A DNA stretch of 64,000 bases from Candidatus Marinacidobacterales bacterium (GTDB lineage: Bacteria; Acidobacteriota; Vicinamibacteria; Marinacidobacterales; SMYC01). Positions 39,812 to 49,471 of this stretch are shown here, piece after piece. The notes under the pieces were generated by a model. It did no database searches and was not told where the DNA came from. It saw only the letters and a program-made list of their open reading frames with translations. The translations under genes were made by a program, and so were the position numbers. The first letter of the stretch is position 1. The number at the start of each line of letters is the position of its first letter. The DNA lies in assembly GCA_965197495.1 (NCBI GenBank), contig OZ240210.1, positions 7,998,481-8,062,480 of the forward strand, in the 5' to 3' direction.

Positions 39812-39866
39812 ATTGGAGGACGGCTCCGCCGCGAGCGGTCAGCGGTCAGCATTCAGCGGTCAGCTC
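39735..39866 (-). repeat. Hairpin repeat element copy b, in the same relationship to the 4HB gene as copy a (starts in the last 4HB codons). Its 3' flank ctgtgcctccgtgtctctgtggccat...atcacggccgttc is shared with copy c.
   Basis: The reverse complement of 39738-39866 aligns with 42169-42298 over ~120 bp. Confidence 0.7.
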
Positions 39867-40218
39867 CGGATTTGAGCCTCCGGATGAGAGAGGCGAGCAT
39901 ACGCTTGACCTCGGTGGTTCGCTCGGCAAGCTCCTGAAGACTTTGGCTATCGAGCAACCCGAGCTCGTGGGCAAGGAGCAGTTCGTATTCGAGCTCGCTT
40001 GCTGAGCCCATACTCATTTGAAGAAAGCGGGCCATATCCCGGTCTGAACCGCGTCCACAGCCCTCAGCAATATTCGCCGGGATGGAAACCGCCGCTCGGC
40101 GCATCTGAGCCGTCAAGCCGAACTTCTCTTCGGTTGGGAAGTGGCCGGTGGCCTGGTACAAACCCTTGACTAGCTGATGGGCCTTCTCCCAAACCTTTAG
40201 ATCTCGAAAGTCTTTCAT
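39853..40218 (-). CDS. Four-helix-bundle protein (TIGR02436 family), copy 2, with one amino-acid difference from copy 1.
   Basis: Identical to 28722..29087 apart from E->K near the C-terminus. The upstream 100 bp are also identical. Confidence 0.8.
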   Translation of the reverse strand: MKDFRDLKVWEKAHQLVKGLYQATGHFPTEEKFGLTAQMRRAAVSIPANIAEGCGRGSDRDMARFLQMSMGSASELEYELLLAHELGLLDSQSLQELAERTTEVKRMLASLIRRLKSGADR

Positions 40219-41951
40219 CCTGACTCTTCGCTGTCGGCTCGCTCACCACGTCAGCCCAACGCGGGCTCGATGCACAATCTGGGCGTGAAGTAGACACGGC
40301 GCCACATCCAGAGTAGGAAGATGTCACGACAACCCTTTCCCACGCTGGAGGACGCCGTGAAACAGTTTTTATCACGTCACGAGGATCGAATCACAGGGGT
40401 GCTGAGCGGATTCGACCGGTTGGTGTTCCGCGGAACCCTACGCCACATTTCTTATACGGACGGCATGGGTAAGTACCTTTCCTACCAGAAAATCCTTCTG
40501 AAGGAGTTCGCGGAGTTCGCACTGCAGCGTACCTCCGAGCTCAAGCAGGCCTTGTATCAGCAGGCGGAGCGACTCGAGCGTCCGGTCGTCTATCTGGAGT
40601 CTTCCCGTAAGAACAAGGAGGCCATCGCACGCGAGATTGCACAACAAGACAATGTCCGCAGTGGTCTCATCGCAGTGCTGAGCTGCGTGGAACCTTGTAT
40701 CACCTTCAGCATACGTCGCAACCGCCAGAAGAAGCGGTTGGAGCTCGTGCAATCCCTCAGAAAGTGCCTAAACTTTTACCACTACTGCATGGACCCTATT
40801 TTTGGTTTCATGCATGCCCGTATCCAAAGCTGGTTTCCATTCAATGTTCAGGTCTACGTCAACGGCCGTGAATGGCTCGCCGTTGAGATGGATAAGGCTG
40901 GCATTCAATATCGGCGCCGGGAAAACTGCTTTACCTGGGTTGAAGATGCCCACGCGGCACAGCAGCTTCTCGATGAGCAGCTCAAAACCAACTGGCCTCA
41001 CATCCTGAATCGCCTGAGTCGATTCGTCAATCCATTGCAAGACAAATTATTCCCGCCGAGTGGCCTCGACTACTACTGGAGTGTCTACAGCAGCGAATGG
41101 GCCACCGACGTCACGTTTCGTAACAGCTCTAGCCTCGCGGAGATCTATCCCGCTCTTGTACATCATGCGATCACAAACTTTTCGAGCCCCGACGTGATGC
41201 GCTTTCTCGGAAAACGGATTCGAACCGACTTTTCAGGGGAAGTCGTCAGCCGATTTCGCGACCGGCCCGAGGGTCTGCGTATCAAACATGCCCTCGACCT
41301 CAATTCCGTCAAACTCTACGACAAACAAGGTTCCGTGCTCCGTGTGGAGACAACCATCCAGCGTGCCGAGGGTATGCGCTGCTACCGGCCAAAGGAAGGC
41401 GACCCCAACGGCCCTCTCGAGTGGCGTCCGCTCCGTCGTGGCATCGCAGACCTGCATCGTCGTGCCCAGCTCTCCCAGGACTCCAATGAGCGCTACCTCG
41501 ACGCTCTCGCCGCTTGTGATACCTCAACCCCACTCGGTCGACTCCTCGCTCGCGTCAGCCAAAAAACTCAATGGAATGGCTCCACCCTCCGAGCTCTTCG
41601 CCCTTGGGACGCTCTGGACGCCCGACTCCTCGCCGCTATTTCCCGTGGAGAGTTTCATCTGCGAGGCTTTCGCAACAGGGAACTCCGTGCCTTGCTCTTT
41701 CCAAAGACTTCGGACGACCCTCTCGAAACCAGGCGGCTAAGCGGACGCGTCACCCGGCTCATTCGCATCCTCCGAGCCCACCGTCTTGTCAAAAAAATTC
41801 CCAAAACTTTTCGCTACAGACTCACAAAGCGCGGTCAGCAACTTTGCTCCGCATTACTTACCGCAAACTCTCTCTCCCTCGATAAACTCCACGCTGCTGC
41901 CGCATGATTTTTCTTCTTCTCAAAACAAGCTTTTCAGGGTTAGTAGTACAG
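40219..41951 (+). mobile_element. ISx copy B (left boundary uncertain). It encodes a 528-aa protein (40321..41907) of unrecognised family. It has no obvious DDE, HUH, recombinase, RT or nuclease motifs, and its C-terminus is Arg/Lys-rich.
   Basis: A second 99% identical copy is at 18644..20233. Flanks diverge after ...gggttagtagtacagaga. It is divergently paired with a 4HB gene in both copies. Confidence 0.65.
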
Positions 41952-42030
41952 AGACACAGCGCGGCGGAGCCGTCCTCCAATTTGGTTGCGGCTCCGCCGC
42001 GCTGTGCCTCTGTACTACTAACCCGAAAAA
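41931..42030 (+). repeat. Hairpin repeat copy d, embedded in a near-perfect 42-bp-arm palindrome (ttttcagggttagtagtacagagacacagcgcggcggagccg / loop / ...cgggttagtagtacagaggcac...). It is immediately 3' of the ISx gene and incorporates the ISx right-end sequence.
   Basis: Arms match in 40 of 42 positions. The loop is the same 16-nt TCCTCCAATTTGGTTG. Confidence 0.7.
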
Positions 42031-42168
42031 GCTTCTATTTCTTGCAAGAATTTGAGCGGCTGCGGCCGGATCCGCAAGAGGGTAAATCAGTTAGAAGAGG
42101 CACCGCGGCGAAGAATTGGGACGGCGCACACTGAGAATGGGACCGAGGCGCGAAGCGCCGAGCACCAC

Positions 42169-42298
42169 GAGCTGACCGCTGAATGCTGACCGCTGACCGC
42201 TCGCGGCGGAGCCGTCCTCCAATTTGGTTGCGGCTCCGCCGCGCTGTGTCTCTGTGGCCATGCTTTTGGGCGTTGAAGATCTATAATCACGGCCGTTC
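42169..42298 (+). repeat. Hairpin repeat copy c. It carries only the last 14 nt of a 4HB 3' end (gagctgaccgctga) and lies in the metH 5' leader.
   Basis: Matches copies a and b. It is followed by ~120 nt of leader before the metH ATG at 42420. Confidence 0.65.
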
Positions 42299-42419
42299 CA
42301 TCCACTGGAAGGCGCCCGTTGGCCCCGACGGAGGGGCCACCGGATGCTCCAACCAAACCGTTGCGCGCACGAAGCTTGCGTCGCGAGGGCGAAGTTGTTA
42401 TCAACTTAGAACGACAACG

Positions 42420-45400
42420 ATGAAAGAAAAACAGGTCTCGGCCGCACTCGGAAAGCTTCAGGCGCTCGCCCAGGAGCGCATCCTCGTCTTCGACGGCGCC
42501 ATGGGAACGATGATCCAGAGCTACGGCCTCGACGAAGACGGGTATCGCGGCGAGAGTTTTCGCGATCACCCGAAATCTCTCAAAGGCGCCAACGATCTCT
42601 TGTCGCTCACAAATCCGCAGATCATCGAGGAGATCCACCAACGCTTTCTCGACGTGGGCGCTGACATCATCGAGACCAATAGCTTCAACGGCACGTCCAT
42701 CGCCATGGCCGATTACGATCTCGAGCCTTACGTCTACGAGATCAACCGGCAAGCCGCGAGGATCGCCCGCCGCGCCGCGGATGCCGCCACTGAAAAAACT
42801 CCCGACAAACCGCGTTTCGTCGCGGGGTCGATGGGGCCGACCAACCGCACGGCTTCGATTTCACCCGACGTGACCAACCCGGCGTTTCGCGGGATCACGT
42901 TCGACCAACTGAAAGAGGCGTATCACGAACAAGCGCGCGGGCTCGTCGATGGCGGCGCCGACCTCCTGCTTGCGGAGACTGCCTTCGACACGCTGAACAT
43001 CAAAGCTGCCCTCGCCGGAATCCAGCAGGTGTTCGACGAGCGCGGCATCTTGCTCCCGGTCATCGCCTCGGTCACCATCGTCGACGAGAGCGGACGAAAC
43101 CTCTCGGGCCAGACACCCGAAGCCTTCTGGATCTCGGTCTCGCACGCGCCGCTCCTGGCGGTGGGGATCAACTGCGCGCTCGGGCCGTCCACGATGCGCC
43201 CCTATGTCGAGGATCTCGCAACGGTCTCCGATCGTTTCGTCGCCTGCGTCCCGAATGCCGGCCTTCCCAACGCCTTCGGAGGCTACGATGAGAGTCCCGA
43301 GCAAATGGCAGGGGCGCTGTCGGAGTTCGCGAGCGAAGGCTGGCTCAACTTCGCCGGCGGCTGTTGCGGTACTACCCCGGAGCACATTGCCGCGATCGCC
43401 GAAGGCGTCGCGCGATACGCGCCGCATGCACGCTCGGAGCGATCGAGCTTTACCCAGCTATCGGGCTACGAACCATTGACGATCCGCCCCGATTCGAACT
43501 TCATCCTCATCGGCGAGAGAACCAACGTCACCGGCTCGCGAAAATTTGCCCGCCTCGTCAAGAGCGGCGCGCTCGAAGAAGCTCTCGAGGTCGCCCGCCA
43601 TCAAGTCGAAGGCGGCGCCAATATCCTCGACGTCAACATGGACGAAGGGCTCCTCGACTCCGAAAAAGAGATGACGACGTTTCTCAACCTCATCGCCTCG
43701 GAGCCCGATATCGCGCGGCTGCCGATCATGGTGGACAGCTCCAAGTTCTCGGTGATCGAGGCGGGACTGCGCTGCCTCCAAGGGAAAGGGATCGTCAACT
43801 CGCTGAGCCTCAAAGAAGGCGGGGAGGTCTTTACGGAGCAGGCGCGGACCGTTCGTCGATACGGCGCCGCAGTCGTCGTGATGGCGTTCGACGAACAAGG
43901 GCAAGCGACGGAGACGGATCGCAAGGTTGCGATTTGCGAGCGCGCCTATCGCATCCTGACCGAAGAGATCGGTTTCCCGCCGCAGGACATCGTGTTCGAC
44001 CCCAATGTTCTCACCGTCGCGACCGGGATGGAGGAGCACAACGGCTACGCGCTCGCTTTCATCGAGGCCGCGAGCAAGATCCACGAAAAATGTCCCGGAG
44101 CCAAGATTTCGGGAGGCATCAGCAATCTTTCGTTCTCGTTTCGCGGCAACGACTTTGTGCGTGAAGCGATGAACTCCGCATTTCTCTACCACGCGATCCG
44201 CGCCGGGCTCGATATGGGTATCGTTAACGCGGGACAGCTCACCGTCTATGACGAGATCAAGCCCGATTTTCGAGAGCTCATCGAGGACGTGCTCTTCAAC
44301 CGCCATCCCGAAGCTACCGAGAAGCTCATCACCTTCGCTCAGGACCATGCAGGCCCGGGCAAGAAACAGGAAAAAGACGAGTCGTGGCGCGAGGGCACGA
44401 TCGAAGAGCGGCTGAGGCATGCGCTCGTCCGCGGGATCGTGGACCACATCGAAGCCGACGCCGAAGAGGCACGGCAAAAATACGACCGTCCGTTGAAGGT
44501 CATCGAAGGCCCCTTGATGGACGGCATGAACGTCGTCGGAGATCTGTTCGGCGCGGGCAAGATGTTCTTACCCCAAGTCGTGAAGAGCGCGCGGGTGATG
44601 AAAAAAGCCGTCGCCTATCTCGAGCCGTTCATGGAAGAAGAAAAAAAGCGGACGGGCCGGACGGAGAGCAAAGCGAAGCTCGTCATGGCCACCGTCAAGG
44701 GCGACGTTCACGACATCGGCAAGAACATCGTCGGCGTCGTGCTCGCGTGCAACGGCTATGAGATCATCGACCTCGGCGTCATGGTGCCGGCGGAGAAAAT
44801 TCTCGACTGCGCGGAGAAAGAACGAGCCGATTTCATCGGGCTTTCGGGGCTCATCACGCCGTCGCTCGACGAGATGGTGCATGTCGCCACCGAGCTCGAG
44901 CGGCGCGATCTCGAAGTATCTCTCCTCATCGGTGGCGCCACGACGTCGCGCATGCACACCGCCGTAAAAATCGCGCCGCGTTACAGCCAGGATACGTTGC
45001 ACGTGCTCGACGCGTCTCGGGCCGTGACCGCGGTGAGCGGTCTACTGAGCAGCGACGCGCGTGCGGCGTTCATCGCCGATAATCGCCGCGAGCAGGAACG
45101 TCTTCGGAAAAGCTTCGAGGAACGCGACCAGAAGCTTCTCGCCTACGGGACCGTCCGCGATCGGAGGCCCGATCTCGCGTGGACTTCGGAGACGATCGCA
45201 AAACCCGATTTTCTCGGCACCCGCGTCCTCGACCCCGTGCCGCTCGCGGACATCGTCGACTATATCGACTGGACGCCTTTTTTCAACGCCTGGGAGCTTC
45301 GGGGAGTCTATCCGGACATTCTCGATAAACCCGATCTCGGCGAGGCGGCCCGCGAGTTATTCGAGAATGCCCAGACGTTGCTCGGCGAGATTGTCGAGGG

Positions 45401-46100
45401 CGGCAAGCTCACGGCGCGCGCGGTCTACGGGTTTTTCCCTGCAAACCGGGACGACGACGACATTATTGTTTATGAAGACGAGACTCGCACCGTCGAAAAA
45501 GCGCGCTTCCACACGTTGAGGCAGCAGCAGGAAAAGAAGAGCGACAAACCCTATCTCGCCCTCGCGGATTTTCTCGCTCCGGTGGGCCATCCGGATTATT
45601 TGGGCGGCTTCGTCGTGACCGCAGGCTTCGGCACGGACACGCTCGCGAAGCAATACGAGTGCGACAACGACGACTACCACGCCATCATGGTCAAAGCCCT
45701 CGCCGACCGGCTCGCCGAAGCGCTCGCCGAAAAAGTTCACGAGCAGGCACGGCAGGACTGCGGATTCGGTCGCGACGAGAATCTCACGAAACAGGAACTG
45801 GTCCGCGAGCGCTATCGCGGCATCCGTCCCGCGCCCGGCTATCCCGCATCGCCCGATCACAGCGAAAAAGGGCTCTTGTTCGAGCTCCTTTCTGCCGCGA
45901 GCGCGACCGGCGTGAGCTTGACCGAGACCTACGCGATGCTCCCGGCGGCATCCGTGAGCGGTCTCTACTTCAATCATCCCGAAGCCCACTATTTCAGCGT
46001 CGGCAAAATCGGACGCGACCAAATCGAAGACTACGCCCGGCGCAAGGGTGAGACAGTGGACGCCGTCGAGCGCTGGATACGCGGAAACCTCGGCTACTAG
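42420..46100 (+). CDS. metH: Cobalamin-dependent methionine synthase MetH (Hcy-binding, pterin-binding, B12-binding and AdoMet-activation domains).
   Basis: [24 protein letters not shown], the B12 cap/binding motif [10 protein letters not shown]...GLSGLIT, and the C-terminal reactivation domain. It is 1226 aa from MKEKQ. Confidence 0.9.
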   Translation: MKEKQVSAALGKLQALAQERILVFDGAMGTMIQSYGLDEDGYRGESFRDHPKSLKGANDLLSLTNPQIIEEIHQRFLDVGADIIETNSFNGTSIAMADYDLEPYVYEINRQAARIARRAADAATEKTPDKPRFVAGSMGPTNRTASISPDVTNPAFRGITFDQLKEAYHEQARGLVDGGADLLLAETAFDTLNIKAALAGIQQVFDERGILLPVIASVTIVDESGRNLSGQTPEAFWISVSHAPLLAVGINCALGPSTMRPYVEDLATVSDRFVACVPNAGLPNAFGGYDESPEQMAGALSEFASEGWLNFAGGCCGTTPEHIAAIAEGVARYAPHARSERSSFTQLSGYEPLTIRPDSNFILIGERTNVTGSRKFARLVKSGALEEALEVARHQVEGGANILDVNMDEGLLDSEKEMTTFLNLIASEPDIARLPIMVDSSKFSVIEAGLRCLQGKGIVNSLSLKEGGEVFTEQARTVRRYGAAVVVMAFDEQGQATETDRKVAICERAYRILTEEIGFPPQDIVFDPNVLTVATGMEEHNGYALAFIEAASKIHEKCPGAKISGGISNLSFSFRGNDFVREAMNSAFLYHAIRAGLDMGIVNAGQLTVYDEIKPDFRELIEDVLFNRHPEATEKLITFAQDHAGPGKKQEKDESWREGTIEERLRHALVRGIVDHIEADAEEARQKYDRPLKVIEGPLMDGMNVVGDLFGAGKMFLPQVVKSARVMKKAVAYLEPFMEEEKKRTGRTESKAKLVMATVKGDVHDIGKNIVGVVLACNGYEIIDLGVMVPAEKILDCAEKERADFIGLSGLITPSLDEMVHVATELERRDLEVSLLIGGATTSRMHTAVKIAPRYSQDTLHVLDASRAVTAVSGLLSSDARAAFIADNRREQERLRKSFEERDQKLLAYGTVRDRRPDLAWTSETIAKPDFLGTRVLDPVPLADIVDYIDWTPFFNAWELRGVYPDILDKPDLGEAARELFENAQTLLGEIVEGGKLTARAVYGFFPANRDDDDIIVYEDETRTVEKARFHTLRQQQEKKSDKPYLALADFLAPVGHPDYLGGFVVTAGFGTDTLAKQYECDNDDYHAIMVKALADRLAEALAEKVHEQARQDCGFGRDENLTKQELVRERYRGIRPAPGYPASPDHSEKGLLFELLSAASATGVSLTETYAMLPAASVSGLYFNHPEAHYFSVGKIGRDQIEDYARRKGETVDAVERWIRGNLGY

Positions 46101-46161
46101 TTTTCGCGATCCGGGTTGCTACCGGCTTTCGGCTACCTGCTTCCTGGTCTTGGGTTTTAGG

Positions 46162-46860
46162 TTAGAGGATTATGCAGCGCCGCAGCATCAAATCGCTGTA
46201 GCGCTTGCCGATCACCTCGACGATGAGGTGTACGGGCTGCCAATCACGTAACGGTTGATCTGACGGCTGGGCGAGGCGGCATTCCACGAACGAGAGCTCG
46301 TAGTCGATTGCGAGTAGCAGAGGGTCGTGGACGTACGGATCTTGGTCGACGAGCTTGAAACCGTCCGCAAAGTCTCTCATGTTGGCCGGGGCGACCGTCC
46401 CCTCTAGAAGCACGAGCTTGCCTTTGTACTTGGCGTCTACCTCGGCCGTGACGTTCGGGAACAAGTATTCAGCGTAGAGCACCTCGACGTCCCGGTACGC
46501 GAGTTTGCCGTCCCGCGCAAGATCGGTTGCGAGCTCCCGGATGCCGGCCGCGGCGTCCGGATCGGAGCGTTTCCCGAATGCCTTCACGAGAACATCTAGC
46601 TCACGCTGGGCCGCGCGGAAAGCGTCGGGGCCGAGCGCCTCGGCGCGGGCCGCCGCCGCGGCGGCCTCCGCCTTGTCCAGAAGCGGCGGTATCGGCGGCG
46701 GGAGACCCGGCGTATCTGGCGACGGCCTTTGCGTGAACCCCTGTTTCAGGGGCCGGCTCTCGGTGACGTCTGGGGCCGGCTCCCGCAGCGAGGGTGGCGA
46801 CGGATCCGGAGCCTGGCAGCCACCAACGAAAGCCACGAGCGCGAGGAGCCAACGGGTCAT
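46162..46860 (-). CDS. Hypothetical lipoprotein.
   Basis: Lipobox LVAFVGGC followed by a Pro-rich linker. No recognised domain. Confidence 0.4.
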   Translation of the reverse strand: MTRWLLALVAFVGGCQAPDPSPPSLREPAPDVTESRPLKQGFTQRPSPDTPGLPPPIPPLLDKAEAAAAAARAEALGPDAFRAAQRELDVLVKAFGKRSDPDAAAGIRELATDLARDGKLAYRDVEVLYAEYLFPNVTAEVDAKYKGKLVLLEGTVAPANMRDFADGFKLVDQDPYVHDPLLLAIDYELSFVECRLAQPSDQPLRDWQPVHLIVEVIGKRYSDLMLRRCIIL

Positions 46861-47022
46861 CTCGTCGCGAGGCTAACACAGCACGGCAGGCCGCACCAAA
46901 ATCGAGCCGCCGAGCGCCCGGAAGCCGCTCTCGCAGCAGGCTCGCCATGTCCACGGCGTCGTGCAGGAGCTCGAGCGCCGCGTCACGTAGCGACAACGAC
47001 ATAGAACAGGTAACCTTGTCGT

Positions 47023-47445
47023 GTGAAGAAGCTCCTGTGGTTGTTCATTATCTTCGCCGCCGCAACCGCGGTGCGGGAAGCGGTTGAATATTTCGGACCG
47101 ATGGCCGCGGCGTTTCGGGCTTATCGGGACGAGGCACACGCCCAGGCGCTCGAGCGCGGCAAGAAGAAGTCTTTCCGCGACATCGAGGGTAACATCGTGA
47201 GAGTCAGCCATAAGCTCGAATCGTCAGAGCGATCCGCTGAGGACAAAGTGAGGCTCGTCGTGCTCGAGGCGGTTCATTTCCAGAAGAGCAGCGAAAGGCG
47301 GGCGTTCGGCAACCGCCGTGTCGCCCAAACCCGGCAATACGTGCTCATGACCCGCATCGATGGTGAGTGGCTCATCTCTCAGCTCGAGGAAGACGCGACC
47401 GAGATCGTCGAGCTCTCGGAGGTTGCCGAGAGCCTGCTCGAGTAA
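47023..47445 (+). CDS. Hypothetical secreted protein (140 aa).
   Basis: Signal peptide MKKLLWLFIIFAAATA and a codon-biased ORF. Confidence 0.35.
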   Translation: MKKLLWLFIIFAAATAVREAVEYFGPMAAAFRAYRDEAHAQALERGKKKSFRDIEGNIVRVSHKLESSERSAEDKVRLVVLEAVHFQKSSERRAFGNRRVAQTRQYVLMTRIDGEWLISQLEEDATEIVELSEVAESLLE

Positions 47446-47499
47446 CCGCGAGCAGGCTCTGCTGACCCCGGGTGTGCTATTCTTCGCGGGGCGAACCTG

Positions 47500-47940
47500 T
47501 TGGAGCAAAGAATGAAGCGACTTTTCTGTTTCCTATCCGTTTTTGCCGTCATCGTTGCCGTGGCCCAAGTGCTCACGGCCCAGGACCAGGACGGCCCGGC
47601 CTCGGTGCAAGCTGGCGTCTATTCCGACGCCCAGGCCGAACGAGGCGAGAAGTTTTTTGGCGAAGCGTGCATGGTGTGTCACCAGCCCGAGGAGTTCAGC
47701 GACGGCGGTTACATGGACGGCTGGTCCGGACAATCCGTCAACGACTTCGTGGAGTTCGTGCGCTCGACCATGCCCGAGGACAACCCCGGCCGGCTCAAGC
47801 GTCGAGAATATATCGACATCATCGCCTACTTCTTCAAATTGAACGGACTACCCAGCGGAGAGAACGACTTGGAGCGCAAATCGCTTCGAGGCATTCAGAT
47901 CGAGGGTCCCTACGGCGACGCGAGCCAAGACGGACATTAG
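47500..47940 (+). CDS. c-type cytochrome domain protein (monohaem).
   Basis: Signal peptide plus the haem-binding motif CMVCHQ, and a distal Met in ...STMPEDNPG. Confidence 0.6.
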   Translation: MEQRMKRLFCFLSVFAVIVAVAQVLTAQDQDGPASVQAGVYSDAQAERGEKFFGEACMVCHQPEEFSDGGYMDGWSGQSVNDFVEFVRSTMPEDNPGRLKRREYIDIIAYFFKLNGLPSGENDLERKSLRGIQIEGPYGDASQDGH

Positions 47941-47994
47941 AGCGACTTTTTCCGGCGATCGCGCAAGACCGTCGCCGACACGGCAAGGACCGCG

Positions 47995-48879
47995 ATGATA
48001 ACCAAAGGCATCATCCTCGCCGGAGGCTCGGGAAGCCGTCTCTATCCCATGACGACGGTGGTGAGCAAACAGCTCCTCCCCGTCTACGACAAGCCCATGA
48101 TCTATTTCCCGCTGAGCACACTGATGCTCGCCGGGATTCGGGACATTCTCGTCATTACGACCCCACACGATCAGCCGCTGTTCGAGGACTTGCTCGCCGA
48201 CGGAAGCCAGCTAGGCATTCAGATCCGTTATGCCGTACAGCCGAAGCCAGAAGGTTTAGCCCAAGCTTTCATCATCGGCACTGACTTCATCGACGGCCAA
48301 GGCGCCGCACTCATCCTCGGAGACAACCTTTTTTACGGTCACGAGCTCACGCAGCACTTGCGCTCCGCGGCGGAGCGCCGCTCGGGGGCGACCGTCTTCG
48401 CGTACTGGGTTCGTGATCCGGAGCGCTACGGTGTTGTCACACTCGATGGGGACGGCCAAGCCATGAGCCTCGAAGAAAAGCCCGAGAATCCCGCGTCGAA
48501 CTTCGCCGTCACCGGTCTCTATTTCTACGACGAGCGGGTGGTGGATTATGCCTCGGCGCTGAAACCATCCGCGCGCGGCGAGCTCGAGATCACGGATTTG
48601 AATCAACTTTATCTGGACGATGGCGAGCTACATGTCGAGACTCTGGGTCGCGGTTACGCATGGCTCGATACCGGAACCAAGGAGTCGCTCCTCCAGGCCG
48701 CGACGTTCATCGAGTCCATCGAACAGCGCCAGGGGCTCAAGATTTGTTGCCCGGAAGAAATCGCCTATCGCATGGGGTTTATCGAAGCCAAGGCGCTCCG
48801 CGAGCTCGGTGAGGCCCGCGCCGAGAGCGAGTACGGACAATATTTGATCTCCATTGTCGAACAGGACAGCTCATCTTGA
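47995..48879 (+). CDS. rfbA: Glucose-1-phosphate thymidylyltransferase.
   Basis: [17 protein letters not shown]...[28 protein letters not shown] is near-canonical RmlA. Confidence 0.9.
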   Translation: MITKGIILAGGSGSRLYPMTTVVSKQLLPVYDKPMIYFPLSTLMLAGIRDILVITTPHDQPLFEDLLADGSQLGIQIRYAVQPKPEGLAQAFIIGTDFIDGQGAALILGDNLFYGHELTQHLRSAAERRSGATVFAYWVRDPERYGVVTLDGDGQAMSLEEKPENPASNFAVTGLYFYDERVVDYASALKPSARGELEITDLNQLYLDDGELHVETLGRGYAWLDTGTKESLLQAATFIESIEQRQGLKICCPEEIAYRMGFIEAKALRELGEARAESEYGQYLISIVEQDSSS

Positions 48880-49433
48880 AGGTCACGACGACAGCTCTAC
48901 CAGAGGTTCTGCTCGTCGAGCCCATACGGTACGAGGACGCGCGCGGGTTCTTCGTCGAGACTTTTCGAGAAGGCCGATACCGCGACGCCGGCGTCGACGC
49001 GCGCTTCGTCCAGGACAATCTTTCCCACTCGACGAAGCACGTGCTGCGCGGGCTGCACTTCCAGCGGCGCCAGGGAAAGCTCATCAGCGTGGTTCGAGGG
49101 GAAGTCTTCGATGTCGCGGTGGACATTCGCCCCGACTCGGAGCGTTTCGGCCAATGGGTCGGAAGCCAACTGAGCGCGAGCAACCATCGGCAGCTCTACG
49201 TTCCGCCGGGGTTTGCGCACGGATTTTACGTTCTATCCGACGAAGCGGACGTTTGGTACAAGACGACCGACATCTATCGGCCGGAGGAAGAAGGCGGCAT
49301 TCTCTGGAACGACACGCGGCTCGCGATCGATTGGCCCACTTCCGATCCACTATTGTCCGATCGCGACGGTGAGAATCCCCGACTCGATGAGCTCGACCAC
49401 TCGGCGCTCATCACTTGCGCCGAGCTTGCTTAG
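48876..49433 (+). CDS. rfbC: dTDP-4-dehydrorhamnose 3,5-epimerase.
   Basis: RGLHFQ...[19 protein letters not shown]...[11 protein letters not shown] is a cupin RmlC. It overlaps the rfbA stop codon. Confidence 0.85.
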   Translation: MKVTTTALPEVLLVEPIRYEDARGFFVETFREGRYRDAGVDARFVQDNLSHSTKHVLRGLHFQRRQGKLISVVRGEVFDVAVDIRPDSERFGQWVGSQLSASNHRQLYVPPGFAHGFYVLSDEADVWYKTTDIYRPEEEGGILWNDTRLAIDWPTSDPLLSDRDGENPRLDELDHSALITCAELA

Positions 49434-49471
49434 CGATCGGTCTTGGGCTCCTCATGGCTCACCTGTCAAGG

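Noticed and set aside
42261-42419. A SAH, SAM or cobalamin riboswitch upstream of metH.
   Set aside because: I could not align the conserved cores (e.g. SAH AGGCUCGG...ACGGCGCUCA, or the B12 box) to this leader. It is kept only as a generic structured-leader observation.
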